A DNA stretch of 64,000 nt, from positions 18,530 through 82,529 of the forward strand of contig CAYRQZ010000002.1 in assembly GCA_964426585.1 (NCBI GenBank), read 5' to 3'. The stretch comes from an uncultured Bacteroidales bacterium (GTDB taxonomy: Bacteria > Bacteroidota > Bacteroidia > Bacteroidales > ML635J-15). The position numbers and the translations under genes were made by a program. Below the pieces are notes generated by a model. It made no database searches, was not told the DNA's origin, and saw only the letters and a list, made by a program, of their open reading frames with translations. Below, one piece after another: positions 17,581-27,346 of the stretch. Each line of letters opens with the position of its first letter. Positions within the stretch are counted from its first letter, which is position 1.

Positions 17581-19998
17581 TTACTTTTTACAAGTATCAC
17601 AATATAATTTTTTTATTCGAGTATTCACAAAAGTCTGAACAGATAATTTATCTCCTTTAAACAAGCTACAGAAAAACTCTGGATCTTGTTTTTTAATCAT
17701 CTCCATAACATTTACAAAATTATTAGAATGAATTTTATAATCGACTTTTGAACATGCTGTAGCATAAGTTGTTAAATAAACAAAAGGAACGTTTTTATCA
17801 TAAATCCATGGCTCTAATAATCTAACAGCAAAATTATAATCAGCATGAATAAGAAAAACGCTAGCTAATTTTAAAGAATTTTCCCAGGTTAACTCATCAA
17901 TTTTTATTATATCTTTAATTTTATCCATTGTTTTAATTACTGTTGGATGATCATAGCCGAGAGAATCTTTATAAATATCCATTATTTGATATTGCAATTC
18001 AATATTCAATAAATCGACTAAATCAACACGTAATGCAGTATTATACATTCTGTCAATTCTATTTTGCAAGTTTTGTTGCACACGTTCATTTTCTAAATCT
18101 GTAAGTAAAACTTCACATAAAACATCATTAAAATCGACATAAATATTATTTTGGTCTATTTTGTTTAAATCATCAATTTTAGTCATATAATCTTCGTCAA
18201 GAATATCCATATAAATAAATTGAGTTAGCCAAATTTTATTCATATTCAGTCCGACATATTCTTTACCCTGCGGGATTCTCATGTCAGTAACTGCATTAGA
18301 GTTATATCTTCCTTCAACCACTCTTTTCAAAATATATTTTTGAATAGACAAGGCAGTATTTAATTGTCCAGCTTCGACAGCTCTGTTAAATTGAGTCAAT
18401 ACATATTTTTGTTCTTTTTCACCGTCAATATCATAAGTAACCCAAATTGTAACGTTTGCATATCTATGATTTTCTAAAAACATTTCCATATCTTTAGCGC
18501 GACTATTTACATAAGCCACAGCTTCTTCCAAGTTCATATCGCAAACCGCGTCAAATATTGTGCCTTTACAATCATTCTGTAAATCTTTAAGATTAGCAGC
18601 TGTAATAATAGAGTCGACAATACTTGCATTTTGATTTGTTTCTAAGGCTTTTACAATGCTTTGAGCTCTTTTCTTTTGAAGAACAGCATTTTCGGCAACA
18701 GAACCTTCAAGCGAAGAATATGCTTCGATATATATTTTATTAATTATAAAATCCGGCTCGTTCAAGGCTGCTAAGACAGGTATCATATCATCTGGTTTAT
18801 AATTAAATTTACCTTGCTCGAAAGGAATTTTAAAATTTAATTCGCTAGATGTGGCTGTTGGTGCATATTCCCGTATTCCTGCTGGTAAAAGCGTATCCGG
18901 TAATAATCCTATTTTTGGTACAAAATCAAAAATCTTACGATCAACCCAAGTCTGTGGGATATTATGACAAACAGACTTTTCTTTTACAATCATTAAATTT
19001 AATTCAATATCCTGAGGATTAAACAACACCGGTAATTGTCCCAATACAACTTCTAATTTTGTAACTTTATTCTTTTTTCCTTCGCCTTGTGCAATATTAT
19101 TTTTATAAATTTTCTTAGAGAAAATCTTTTTTGTCATATATCCTACATTAACCTTTGAAAAATCTGCAATATTTTCTGAATTACACTTATTAAACTGCTC
19201 TTTTTGAACAACATCAATGACCAATCCATCTTTGCTAGCTTTTATAAAGCGTTTAAACTTTTTTAAATCATTGTATTTAAAAACTATTTGTCCATTATCG
19301 TTAATTGACAAGCCTTGTTGAAGGTCAATGATATTTGGCATTTTCCTAGAAGTTTTTTTACAAACTTTCTCGTTATAAGGTTTCAATCCTTGTGATTTTA
19401 GAGAAATAGGTGCAGACAATTCCATTAAACTACCGGCAGAAGGTGCAAATGAGGCATAATTACCCATATACATCGAAACAAATATTTTTTTATCTGAATT
19501 ATCTATTTTCCCACTAATTCCTGCAAAAAAGTATTTTTGCGAAAACAATTCTTTTGAAAATTTACCTGATTTCCACCTATCCAAAATTTGATTTGCCAAA
19601 TCATCGTACGTAATATACTCATTTGAAACTTTAATGGTAATTCGTGCCACAACTTCAGCACCTATCCCTGTTCCTCCGACAATTAATAGTCGATCTCTAA
19701 CAGTAGAATATGCGCCTCGGCCTTCCAAATTAGCCTCACCAATCTCGGACATGATAATTGCGTGTTCTTTTGCCGGTTTTTGAAAAAATTCATGTGCCTC
19801 AAATCCTTCTAAACCAATGGAATCCATATAAGTATTAATTTTATAAATTAATACATCTTGCAATAATTTATCATTAAACGAAACTGGATTAATAGGATCA
19901 CTGCTATAAATATCACCTTCCATAAAAGTTTTTTGTGCTTGGATATTATAACTTAGTGCAAACACAAAAAGCATTAAAATAGTAAAAAACTTTCCCAT
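17581..19998 (-). CDS. Secreted protein of unknown function (805 aa) with a possible degenerate OmpA-like segment
   Basis: Signal peptide MGKFFTILMLFVFALSYNIQA|Q. The central stretch IYIEAYSSLEGSVAENAVLQKKRAQSIVKAL loosely resembles the OmpA_C core (TD..G....N..LS..RA). I recognise nothing else. Confidence 0.55.
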   Translation of the reverse strand: MGKFFTILMLFVFALSYNIQAQKTFMEGDIYSSDPINPVSFNDKLLQDVLIYKINTYMDSIGLEGFEAHEFFQKPAKEHAIIMSEIGEANLEGRGAYSTVRDRLLIVGGTGIGAEVVARITIKVSNEYITYDDLANQILDRWKSGKFSKELFSQKYFFAGISGKIDNSDKKIFVSMYMGNYASFAPSAGSLMELSAPISLKSQGLKPYNEKVCKKTSRKMPNIIDLQQGLSINDNGQIVFKYNDLKKFKRFIKASKDGLVIDVVQKEQFNKCNSENIADFSKVNVGYMTKKIFSKKIYKNNIAQGEGKKNKVTKLEVVLGQLPVLFNPQDIELNLMIVKEKSVCHNIPQTWVDRKIFDFVPKIGLLPDTLLPAGIREYAPTATSSELNFKIPFEQGKFNYKPDDMIPVLAALNEPDFIINKIYIEAYSSLEGSVAENAVLQKKRAQSIVKALETNQNASIVDSIITAANLKDLQNDCKGTIFDAVCDMNLEEAVAYVNSRAKDMEMFLENHRYANVTIWVTYDIDGEKEQKYVLTQFNRAVEAGQLNTALSIQKYILKRVVEGRYNSNAVTDMRIPQGKEYVGLNMNKIWLTQFIYMDILDEDYMTKIDDLNKIDQNNIYVDFNDVLCEVLLTDLENERVQQNLQNRIDRMYNTALRVDLVDLLNIELQYQIMDIYKDSLGYDHPTVIKTMDKIKDIIKIDELTWENSLKLASVFLIHADYNFAVRLLEPWIYDKNVPFVYLTTYATACSKVDYKIHSNNFVNVMEMIKKQDPEFFCSLFKGDKLSVQTFVNTRIKKLYCDTCKK

Positions 19999-20069
19999 TA
20001 TGTATCTTTTTTGATTAATATTATTTTTGATAAAAATAATTAATAATATTCAATATAAAAAAAAATATT

Positions 20070-20077
20070 TAAGTTTG
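20070..20077 (+). promoter_or_regulatory. Candidate -7 promoter box (TAagTTTG) for hslR
   Basis: Exact TAnnTTTG match 18 nt upstream of the ATG at 20095. Confidence 0.4.
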
Positions 20078-20094
20078 TCAATAAAAAATAATAA

Positions 20095-20475
20095 ATGAAT
20101 GATAACATAAGAATAGACAAGTATTTATGGGCTGTCAGGTTGTTAAAAACTCGCAGTTTAGCTCAAGAAAAATGCAATAAAGGTCATGTTTTAGTTGAAG
20201 ATTCTGTTGCTAAACCATCAAAACTTGTTAAAATTGGAGATACTATTTTAATAAAACAAGCTCCCATTATTAGGTCTTTTAAAGTTTTAAATTTATCAGA
20301 CAAAAGAGTTGCTGCTAAATTAGTAGCTAACTTAATTTTGGAAATTACCCCTCAATCAGAATTAGATAAACTTAAAAATGTTGAAACAGATTTTATCACC
20401 CGCGATAAAGGAAGCGGAAGGCCAACAAAAAAAGAAAGAAGAATAATTGATAAATTAACTAAATCAAACTTATGA
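20095..20475 (+). CDS. hslR: Heat-shock protein 15 (ribosome-associated S4-domain RNA-binding protein)
   Basis: 126 aa. S4 domain IRIDKYLWAVRLLKTRSLA...GHVLV....KPSK.VK.GD.I, with a basic C-terminal tail. Confidence 0.8.
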   Translation: MNDNIRIDKYLWAVRLLKTRSLAQEKCNKGHVLVEDSVAKPSKLVKIGDTILIKQAPIIRSFKVLNLSDKRVAAKLVANLILEITPQSELDKLKNVETDFITRDKGSGRPTKKERRIIDKLTKSNL

Positions 20476-20999
20476 TAATAGCAGAAAATAAATTTAAAGA
20501 AAATATAGTCGAATATATTATATACATAAGGCAAATACAAGATATTATAAGATTATTAAAATTCGATATAACAGAAATTGAAAAGTTTATAATCAAAGAA
20601 TTTAAGACCAGCGAAAAAATTAAATTAAAAATAAAAAATTGGTATGAAGATTTAATTTTATTAATGAAAACTGAAAACATAGAAGAAAAGGGAGATTTTA
20701 GTTTTATTAATGAATTAATTGACGATCTTGAGCTATTAAATAAAAATCTTTTAAGCCAAACAGACTCTTATAAACAGAATGAGTTATATCGCTGGGCAAA
20801 ACCAAATATTGAACACTTTAAAAAGCTATCGCATAGCCCATATGCTTGCGATGTTAGAGTTTGCATAGATGCTTTACATTCTTTACTATTACTAAGAATG
20901 AAGAACCAACCGGTTTCGGAAGAAACCATGCAAGCTATGCAAACATTTAGTAATTTAATGGCAAATTTAGCCCTTGAGTATAAAAAAAGTAAAAACTAA
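20472..20999 (+). CDS. Conserved hypothetical cytoplasmic protein (I recall DUF4924-type proteins in this position; unverified)
   Basis: 175 aa, no signal peptide, helical composition. Its ATG overlaps the hslR stop (ATGA at 20472-20475). Confidence 0.5.
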   Translation: MIIAENKFKENIVEYIIYIRQIQDIIRLLKFDITEIEKFIIKEFKTSEKIKLKIKNWYEDLILLMKTENIEEKGDFSFINELIDDLELLNKNLLSQTDSYKQNELYRWAKPNIEHFKKLSHSPYACDVRVCIDALHSLLLLRMKNQPVSEETMQAMQTFSNLMANLALEYKKSKN

Positions 21000-22034
21000 T
21001 TATTTATACTTCGGATTATAATTTGAAAGATTAAGTATTTTTTGATAATCTGTTTCTTTCATAAGTTCGTCTAAACTAATTTTATTTGTATTCATAAAAG
21101 AAATAACAATTTGCAACCCCAACCAATTCCCGGTACGTGGAGGTGAATTTGGTCCAAATTGATATGTAAATGGAGCTGCTCCAACAAATCTTTTTATTGT
21201 TAAAGCATCAGTAGAAAACAATAGTTTATTTTCAACAATACTTGTCCACATTTCTCTTTCATAATTATTGCAAAATTGAAGTTGTTCTTCGGTATATTTA
21301 TTTATCCTTGCTCTACTAAAATCAGGAAACATACAATACAAAAAATATAATTCTCTACCATTGTAAATCATATTTTCAAGTAAATTATCAGATTGCCCGA
21401 CAAATACAAATTCTGCCTCCGCCCAAGCTGCTAAAACATCTATTGCAATTTGATTTCTTGTCATCTCCAATTTAGAAAAATCTGGAATATTTAACATAGA
21501 ATAAAGTTCACAATCATTTCCAAGATATTTATCTAAGCCAATTCCAATAAAATCATCTAAAATAACAACAGAATGATTAAAACCAGCTATAAAAGATAAT
21601 ATTCGCGGTATTTTTGTTTGGGGAAAATAATACTTTAAATGCTTAAAGCCACAAGTTAAATCTTCATTTACATCATTTAGTTTTGAAAATTCTTTGTTTA
21701 CCTGTTTTCTAGCCTGAGAAACAGCGAAATCATTCAAAAATGTACTAACAAAAGTTAAATACGAAGAATTATCCGAACTTCCTATCCCAATAATTTCAGT
21801 GTTATAAATATTAAAAAACTCGCCATAGTTATCTTCGATATATGCAATATTTGAATATGAGTTTGGCACTAAAAATTTCTCAAAGTCAAGGTCAAACCTT
21901 TCTACTTCAACTTTTAAATCAATATTTGAAACATTTACATAAAAGGAATTTTTTTTAATAATAATTTTATATATTATCAAAGTTGTCAGTAATAATAAGC
22001 CTATAGATATATAAATAAAATATTTCTTCTTCAT
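21000..22034 (-). CDS. gldB: Gliding motility protein GldB
   Basis: 344 aa. Matches my recollection of GldB motifs: VERFD..F near the N-terminus, FKHLKYYFPQTKIP, and C-terminal APF.....SPPRTGNWLGLQIV.SFM..N..SL.EL......I...S.Y.PKY. The N-terminus is a hydrophobic anchor without a lipobox cysteine. Confidence 0.75.
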   Translation of the reverse strand: MKKKYFIYISIGLLLLTTLIIYKIIIKKNSFYVNVSNIDLKVEVERFDLDFEKFLVPNSYSNIAYIEDNYGEFFNIYNTEIIGIGSSDNSSYLTFVSTFLNDFAVSQARKQVNKEFSKLNDVNEDLTCGFKHLKYYFPQTKIPRILSFIAGFNHSVVILDDFIGIGLDKYLGNDCELYSMLNIPDFSKLEMTRNQIAIDVLAAWAEAEFVFVGQSDNLLENMIYNGRELYFLYCMFPDFSRARINKYTEEQLQFCNNYEREMWTSIVENKLLFSTDALTIKRFVGAAPFTYQFGPNSPPRTGNWLGLQIVISFMNTNKISLDELMKETDYQKILNLSNYNPKYK

Positions 22035-22058
22035 AAAACTTTTATTAAAAATTTATGT

Positions 22059-22066
22059 TATTTTTG
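22059..22066 (+). promoter_or_regulatory. Candidate -7 box (TAttTTTG) for the 22104 outer-membrane protein gene
   Basis: Exact TAnnTTTG match 38 nt upstream of the ATG at 22104. Confidence 0.35.
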
Positions 22067-22071
22067 TATTA

Positions 22072-22079
22072 CAAATTTA
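22072..22079 (-). promoter_or_regulatory. Candidate -7 box (TAaaTTTG on minus strand) for gldB
   Basis: The plus strand reads CAAATTTA, 38 nt upstream of the gldB ATG at 22034. It sits back-to-back with the plus-strand box. Confidence 0.35.
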
Positions 22080-22103
22080 ATTAATTTTAAAAGCCATAAA
22101 AAT

Positions 22104-22805
22104 ATGAAAAAAATTATTCTTATTTCGTTTAGCCTTCTTTTAATAGGTAATTTATTTGCACAAAAATTATCAGGAGGCTTGTTTGTAGGTCCAAGTATGT
22201 CGTGGATGAGTACTGACAGTAAAATTGTTAAAACCGATGGCATGAAGTTTGGTTATAACTTTGGAGCTTTAGTTGACTTTAATTTAATTGACAATTTTGC
22301 TATTTCAACCGGTATTCAATTTAATAATTTAGGCGGAAATTTGATATACCCTTATGGAGCTCCTCCAATTCAACCTAAAGAAGGTAATAAAACAGACACA
22401 TTAGCAGCCGAAGGTAAAATGAAATATAACCTTAACTATATTGCTATACCTGTTGGTTTCAAAGGAAAAACTAATGAAATTGGTTATATAACCTACTTTT
22501 TAAAAGGAGGAGTTACACCATTAATCAATATAAAAACATTAGCTAGCTTCCAAAACAACGAAAATATTTTATTTGAAAATACTTTATTAAAAGAAATTAA
22601 TTTTTTTAATTTAGGCTGGCATCTTGGTGGTGGTATCGAATATTCACTTTCAGGAAATACTCGCATTTTAGCTGAAATTATTTACACAGGTGGACTTTTA
22701 GATGTAGATAAAACACCATTATTTAATTCCAATGCTCAAAATTCCACTAATAATCCTAGAGTTGCTCTAAATGACATACATTTGAAAATTGGGATATTAT
22801 TTTAA
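22104..22805 (+). CDS. Small outer-membrane beta-barrel protein (porin-family / OMP_b-brl_2-like)
   Basis: 233 aa with signal peptide ...GNLFA|Q. It has alternating amphipathic strands and a C-terminal ...HLKIGILF. Size and architecture are also compatible with PorT/SprT-type proteins, and I cannot discriminate between them. Confidence 0.7.
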   Translation: MKKIILISFSLLLIGNLFAQKLSGGLFVGPSMSWMSTDSKIVKTDGMKFGYNFGALVDFNLIDNFAISTGIQFNNLGGNLIYPYGAPPIQPKEGNKTDTLAAEGKMKYNLNYIAIPVGFKGKTNEIGYITYFLKGGVTPLINIKTLASFQNNENILFENTLLKEINFFNLGWHLGGGIEYSLSGNTRILAEIIYTGGLLDVDKTPLFNSNAQNSTNNPRVALNDIHLKIGILF

Positions 22806-22825
22806 AGTTTATTTAACTAACAATA

Positions 22826-22855
22826 AAACCCGATTTTATATAAATCGGGTTTTTT
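22826..22855 (+). terminator. Rho-independent terminator
   Basis: AAACCCGATTT-TATAT-AAATCGGGTTT perfect 11-bp stem running into a T-run. Confidence 0.8.
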
Positions 22856-22869
22856 AATTAAATTATACA

Positions 22870-24531
22870 ATGAAAATTGCTATTGCTCAATTAAACTATC
22901 AAGTCGGTAACTTAGAGTTCAATGCTAAAAAAATTATTGACGCAATTATTGCGGCCGAAAACCAAAACGCCGAACTTATTATATTTTCAGAATTATCAAT
23001 TTGCGGATATATACCTTATGATTTATTGCACTATGACTTCTTTATCGAAGATTGTTACGACAAACTTATAGAAATTAGTAAATATACAAAAAACATTGCT
23101 GCTGTTGTTGGACTACCAACAAAAAATTTAAAATCAATAGGAAAAAAACTTTATAATTCGGCAGCTTTCTTATATAAGCAAGAAATTCAACACATCACAA
23201 ATAAAACTTTATTGCCAAGTTTTGACGTTTTTGACGAAGAAAGATATTTTGAGGAGAATGATAAATTTGAAATTGTTGAATTTAAAAATAAAAAAATTGC
23301 GCTTACTATTGCCGAAGATTTATGGGATGAACATAGAATTTGTGGAGTTTTTGAAAATAATATTTTGTTTAAAAATAACCCTATGGATATATTGAATAAA
23401 TTCTCGCCAGATTTTATAATCAATATTGCCGCCTTGCCTTTTGCTCATTGTCAAATCGACAATAAAAAAGAAATTTTATTTAAAAATGCAATAAAATATT
23501 CTAAACCTATTATATATGTAAATCAAATTGGAGCAAACACCGACTTAATTTTTGAAGGCGGTAGTATTGTCGTTAACAAAGCAGGAAATACTAGTTTGAG
23601 TTTGGCTAATTTTGAAGAAGATTTTAGCGTTTTTTATATTACTGATATTGCAAATAATACAATTACTACTAATAATAAAATATTAAAAAATGAAAAATAT
23701 GATATGATTTATCATGCTTTAATTCTCGGAATTAAAGATTTTTTTAATAAATCAGGCTTTAAAAAAGCTGTAGTGGGGCTATCCGGCGGGCTAGATTCTG
23801 CCGTTGTTGTTGCTTTATTAGTAAACGCTATTGGCAAACAAAATGTTGATGTTTTATTGTTACCTACTAGTTTTTCGAGCCAACATTCCATTGACGATTC
23901 TATTGAAATGGCAAAAAAATGTGGAATTAATTACCATATTGTTAATATTGAAGAATTAAGATTACAATTCTCTAAAAGTTTAGAAAAGGTGTTTGAAAAT
24001 ACGAAACCCGACCTAACAGAAGAAAATATTCAAGCTCGTATCAGAGGTGCAATTTTAATGGCATATTCAAATAAATTTGGAAATATTTTAATAAATACTT
24101 CTAACAAAAGCGAAATTGCGGTAGGATATTCAACACTATATGGAGATACTAACGGTGCTTTATCTGTTATTGGAGACCTTTATAAAACCGAAGTATATAA
24201 ACTTGCAGATTATATTAATCGTAATTCCAACAACATGATACCACAAAATATAATTGATAAAACTCCTTCGGCAGAGCTTAGACCCAATCAAAAAGATAGC
24301 GATTCTCTTCCCGACTATGAAATATTAGATAAAATTCTATTTTCTTATATAGAACAAAACTCTTCTATAAATGAAATTATTAACGCGGGGAGCAATGCTC
24401 AAATTGTTAATAGAATTATTAAACTCGTTAACAATAACGAATTTAAAAGATTTCAACTGCCACCTTGCCTCAAAATAAGCCCAAAAGCCTTTGGGAATGG
24501 GAGAAAAATGCCTTTAAATGGAAAATTTTAA
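22870..24531 (+). CDS. nadE: Glutamine-dependent NAD+ synthetase
   Basis: 553 aa. N-terminal CN-hydrolase/glutaminase domain plus a C-terminal NAD synthetase domain with the PP-loop GLSGGLDSA. Confidence 0.93.
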   Translation: MKIAIAQLNYQVGNLEFNAKKIIDAIIAAENQNAELIIFSELSICGYIPYDLLHYDFFIEDCYDKLIEISKYTKNIAAVVGLPTKNLKSIGKKLYNSAAFLYKQEIQHITNKTLLPSFDVFDEERYFEENDKFEIVEFKNKKIALTIAEDLWDEHRICGVFENNILFKNNPMDILNKFSPDFIINIAALPFAHCQIDNKKEILFKNAIKYSKPIIYVNQIGANTDLIFEGGSIVVNKAGNTSLSLANFEEDFSVFYITDIANNTITTNNKILKNEKYDMIYHALILGIKDFFNKSGFKKAVVGLSGGLDSAVVVALLVNAIGKQNVDVLLLPTSFSSQHSIDDSIEMAKKCGINYHIVNIEELRLQFSKSLEKVFENTKPDLTEENIQARIRGAILMAYSNKFGNILINTSNKSEIAVGYSTLYGDTNGALSVIGDLYKTEVYKLADYINRNSNNMIPQNIIDKTPSAELRPNQKDSDSLPDYEILDKILFSYIEQNSSINEIINAGSNAQIVNRIIKLVNNNEFKRFQLPPCLKISPKAFGNGRKMPLNGKF

Positions 24532-24543
24532 AGATAATTTATT

Positions 24544-24900
24544 ATGAAAATTATTATAAGTATTTGTTATTTTTTAATCTTGCTATCAATTACTTCATGC
24601 AACAATAGCAAATCTGATACAAGAAAAATGTTGAAACTATTTGAAAATTACTATAATATTGCGATCGAAGCCTCAAAAGATTCGGTCTTAAACAATGCTG
24701 AAATTCAAGAACTTAATAAAGTGAAAAAAGAAATCAATAAGTTTTCAAAACAAATTGACGAAAAATATAAAAACAATCCAAAAAAAGAAACCGAAATGCT
24801 CGAATACATGCAAAGCAAAAAAAATATCGAGATTATTAATAATTATCAAAAATCCATAAAATTATTAAAATCTTGTAAAGGCTTTGACGAAATAATTTAA
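24544..24900 (+). CDS. Small lipoprotein of unknown function
   Basis: 118 aa with lipobox-like LLSITS|C. The mature part is Lys/Glu-rich and helical. Confidence 0.5.
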   Translation: MKIIISICYFLILLSITSCNNSKSDTRKMLKLFENYYNIAIEASKDSVLNNAEIQELNKVKKEINKFSKQIDEKYKNNPKKETEMLEYMQSKKNIEIINNYQKSIKLLKSCKGFDEII

Positions 24901-24950
24901 AAATAACTTGCTAACTAATAATTTCATTATTATTAATTTGACAAGTTCTA

Positions 24951-24985
24951 TTGTTTGCTCCTTTAAGATAATTTCAATACTTTTG
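24951..24985 (+). promoter_or_regulatory. Candidate promoter (-33 TTGTTTG, -7 TActTTTG) for adk-obg-PAP2
   Basis: TTTG ends at 24957 and TAnnTTTG lies at 24978-24985 (20-nt spacer). The site is 14 nt upstream of the ATG at 25000. Confidence 0.45.
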
Positions 24986-24999
24986 TAAAAAATATTATA

Positions 25000-25578
25000 A
25001 TGATTTTTGTAATTTTAGCAGGCGCTCCTGGAAGTGGGAAAAGTACACATTCGAAACTTATTAAAGAAAAAACAGATTTCGTTCACATTTCTTCTGGAGA
25101 TATTTTTCGTCAAGAAGCTGAAAAAAATACCGAATTAGGATTACTTGCCAAAAGTTTAATCGACAAAGGTAATTTTATCCCTGATGATATTATATGCAAT
25201 ATTATTGAAAATATCATAAAAGATAGTAATCAAAACACAAAATATATTTTAGACGGCTTTCCTAGAAATTTAAATCAAGCCATTAAATTCAATGAAATAC
25301 TTCAAAAGCAAAATTTAAAAATTAATGTTTTCATTAACTTAAATGTTACCGAAGAAAACTTAATCCAGCGACTTACCAAACGAGGTATTGATAGCAATAG
25401 AGAAGATGATGCAAATGCAGAAATTATTAAACGTCGAATAAAATTATATAAAGACAAAACACAAATTATAAATAATTTCTATCAAAACAATACTAACTTC
25501 TTTACTATTGATGGCAACAAGAGAATTGAGGAGGTACATAAAGAAATTTATGAAATAATACTAAGAAATTTATATTAA
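25000..25578 (+). CDS. adk: Adenylate kinase (short-lid type)
   Basis: 192 aa. P-loop [15 protein letters not shown] motif, and no zinc-lid cysteines. Confidence 0.9.
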   Translation: MIFVILAGAPGSGKSTHSKLIKEKTDFVHISSGDIFRQEAEKNTELGLLAKSLIDKGNFIPDDIICNIIENIIKDSNQNTKYILDGFPRNLNQAIKFNEILQKQNLKINVFINLNVTEENLIQRLTKRGIDSNREDDANAEIIKRRIKLYKDKTQIINNFYQNNTNFFTIDGNKRIEEVHKEIYEIILRNLY

Positions 25579-25583
25579 AATTT

Positions 25584-26576
25584 ATGGCAACAACGAATTT
25601 TGTTGATTACGTAAAAATATATTGCCGCTCTGGCTCTGGTGGTAGTGGCTCTACTCATTTCAGAAAAGAAAAATTTGTTGAAAGAGGAGGTCCCGACGGT
25701 GGTAACGGCGGTAGAGGTGGGCATATTGTATTAAAAGCAAATGAAAATCAGTGGACATTATTGCACTTAAAATTTAAACGTCATATCTTTGCAGAAGATG
25801 GGGAAAACGGAGGTTTAGCCTTGCGAACAGGAGCAGACGGAAAAGACGAAATTATTGAAGTACCTATTGGAACTATTGCTAAAGATGCCGACACGGGTGA
25901 AATAATTTGTGAATTAACATCTCATAATCAAGAAATTGTATTAATACAAGGTGGAAAAGGCGGATTAGGAAATACTGAATTTAAAACTGCAACTAATAGA
26001 GCTCCTAGATATTCGCAACCTGGAATTAAAGGAATAGAAAAAACAATAATTTTAGAACTTAAACTTTTAGCAGACGTAGGACTTGTTGGATTTCCAAATG
26101 CGGGAAAATCAACACTTTTATCAGTAGTTTCGGCAGCAAAGCCCGAAATTGCCGATTATCCGTTTACTACTCTTGTACCAAACCTAGGAATTGTTGCTTA
26201 TAGAGATTTTAAATCCTTTGTAATGGCTGATATTCCCGGGATTATTGAAGGAGCTGCTCAAGGTAAAGGGCTTGGACACAGATTCTTGCGACATATAGAA
26301 AGAAACTCTATCTTACTGTTTATGATACCTGTCGATAGTAAAAATATAAAAAACGAATTCGATATTCTTATCAAAGAACTTAATGAATATAATCCCGAAC
26401 TAATGCACAAAAAACGTATTCTAGCCATTACAAAAACAGACCTTATTGATGACGAACTTCAAAAACTTTTAAAAACTGAACTTCCTAAAAATATCGATAC
26501 GATTTTTATATCTTCGGCAACCAACAAAAATATTAATAAATTAAAAGACCTAATCTGGAAAAACCTTACAGACTAA
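25584..26576 (+). CDS. obg: GTPase Obg/CgtA
   Basis: 330 aa. Glycine-rich Obg fold ([12 protein letters not shown]), G1 [10 protein letters not shown]3 DIPG, G4 TKTD. Confidence 0.95.
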   Translation: MATTNFVDYVKIYCRSGSGGSGSTHFRKEKFVERGGPDGGNGGRGGHIVLKANENQWTLLHLKFKRHIFAEDGENGGLALRTGADGKDEIIEVPIGTIAKDADTGEIICELTSHNQEIVLIQGGKGGLGNTEFKTATNRAPRYSQPGIKGIEKTIILELKLLADVGLVGFPNAGKSTLLSVVSAAKPEIADYPFTTLVPNLGIVAYRDFKSFVMADIPGIIEGAAQGKGLGHRFLRHIERNSILLFMIPVDSKNIKNEFDILIKELNEYNPELMHKKRILAITKTDLIDDELQKLLKTELPKNIDTIFISSATNKNINKLKDLIWKNLTD

Positions 26577-27151
26577 TGGAATACATAGAAAATATTGACA
26601 GACAAATTTTTCTTTTCTTAAACTCACTAAATACTAGCTGGTTAGACCCAATCATGAGCATATTATCATCATTTTGGATATGGTATATTATTGTCGTTTT
26701 ATTTATTTTTTTTATTTACCTAAAATTTAAAAAATCATTCTGGAAACCATTAGTTGTTGCAATTATTTGTTTTGCTTTAACTGACCAATCTTCTAATTTA
26801 ATAAAACATAGTGTTAAAAGATATAGACCTAGCCATAATATCGAAATATCTAACAAAGTTCATACAATAAATAATTATAAAGGCGGATTGTATAGCTTTG
26901 TATCGGGGCACGCTTGCAACAGTTTTGGTTTAGCTTTAATTACATTACTTTTTATAAAAAATAAAAAATGGTCAATTTTTGTTTTAACTTGGGCTAGTCT
27001 TGTCTCATACTCAAGAATTTATGTTGGAGTTCACTACCCTAGCGACTTATTCTTTGGAGCAGTTTTAGGTGCCTGCATTTCTTATATCGTTTTCAAAACT
27101 TATAATTTAATACCTTGTTTAAATTTAAAAAATAACGAAAATTGCCTATAA
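26576..27151 (+). CDS. PAP2-family membrane phosphatase
   Basis: 191 aa. PAP2 motifs KRYRPS, SGH and SRIYVGVHYPSD, with several TM helices. The start overlaps the obg stop by 1 nt (TAATG). Confidence 0.85.
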   Translation: MEYIENIDRQIFLFLNSLNTSWLDPIMSILSSFWIWYIIVVLFIFFIYLKFKKSFWKPLVVAIICFALTDQSSNLIKHSVKRYRPSHNIEISNKVHTINNYKGGLYSFVSGHACNSFGLALITLLFIKNKKWSIFVLTWASLVSYSRIYVGVHYPSDLFFGAVLGACISYIVFKTYNLIPCLNLKNNENCL

Positions 27152-27279
27152 TATAAATAAAAAAATTGAGAAAATATTATATTTAGCACAATTTATTTAG
27201 GTTTTATACATATTTTAACTGTTACAAATATAATTTTCAATTATAATATTAAAAACATCACTTTATAATAACTTTTATT

Positions 27280-27300
27280 AATGTAAATAACTTACATTTG
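27280..27300 (+). promoter_or_regulatory. Candidate -7 box (TAcaTTTG, 27293-27300) overlapped by an inverted repeat AATGTAA-N5-TTACATT (27280-27298)
   Basis: Exact TAnnTTTG match 46 nt upstream of the ATG at 27347. The 7-bp perfect arms overlap the box, which is an operator-like arrangement. Confidence 0.35.
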
Positions 27301-27346
27301 CACTTATTTTATAATCTATATTACTTACTTTAAACTTTTTTTTACT

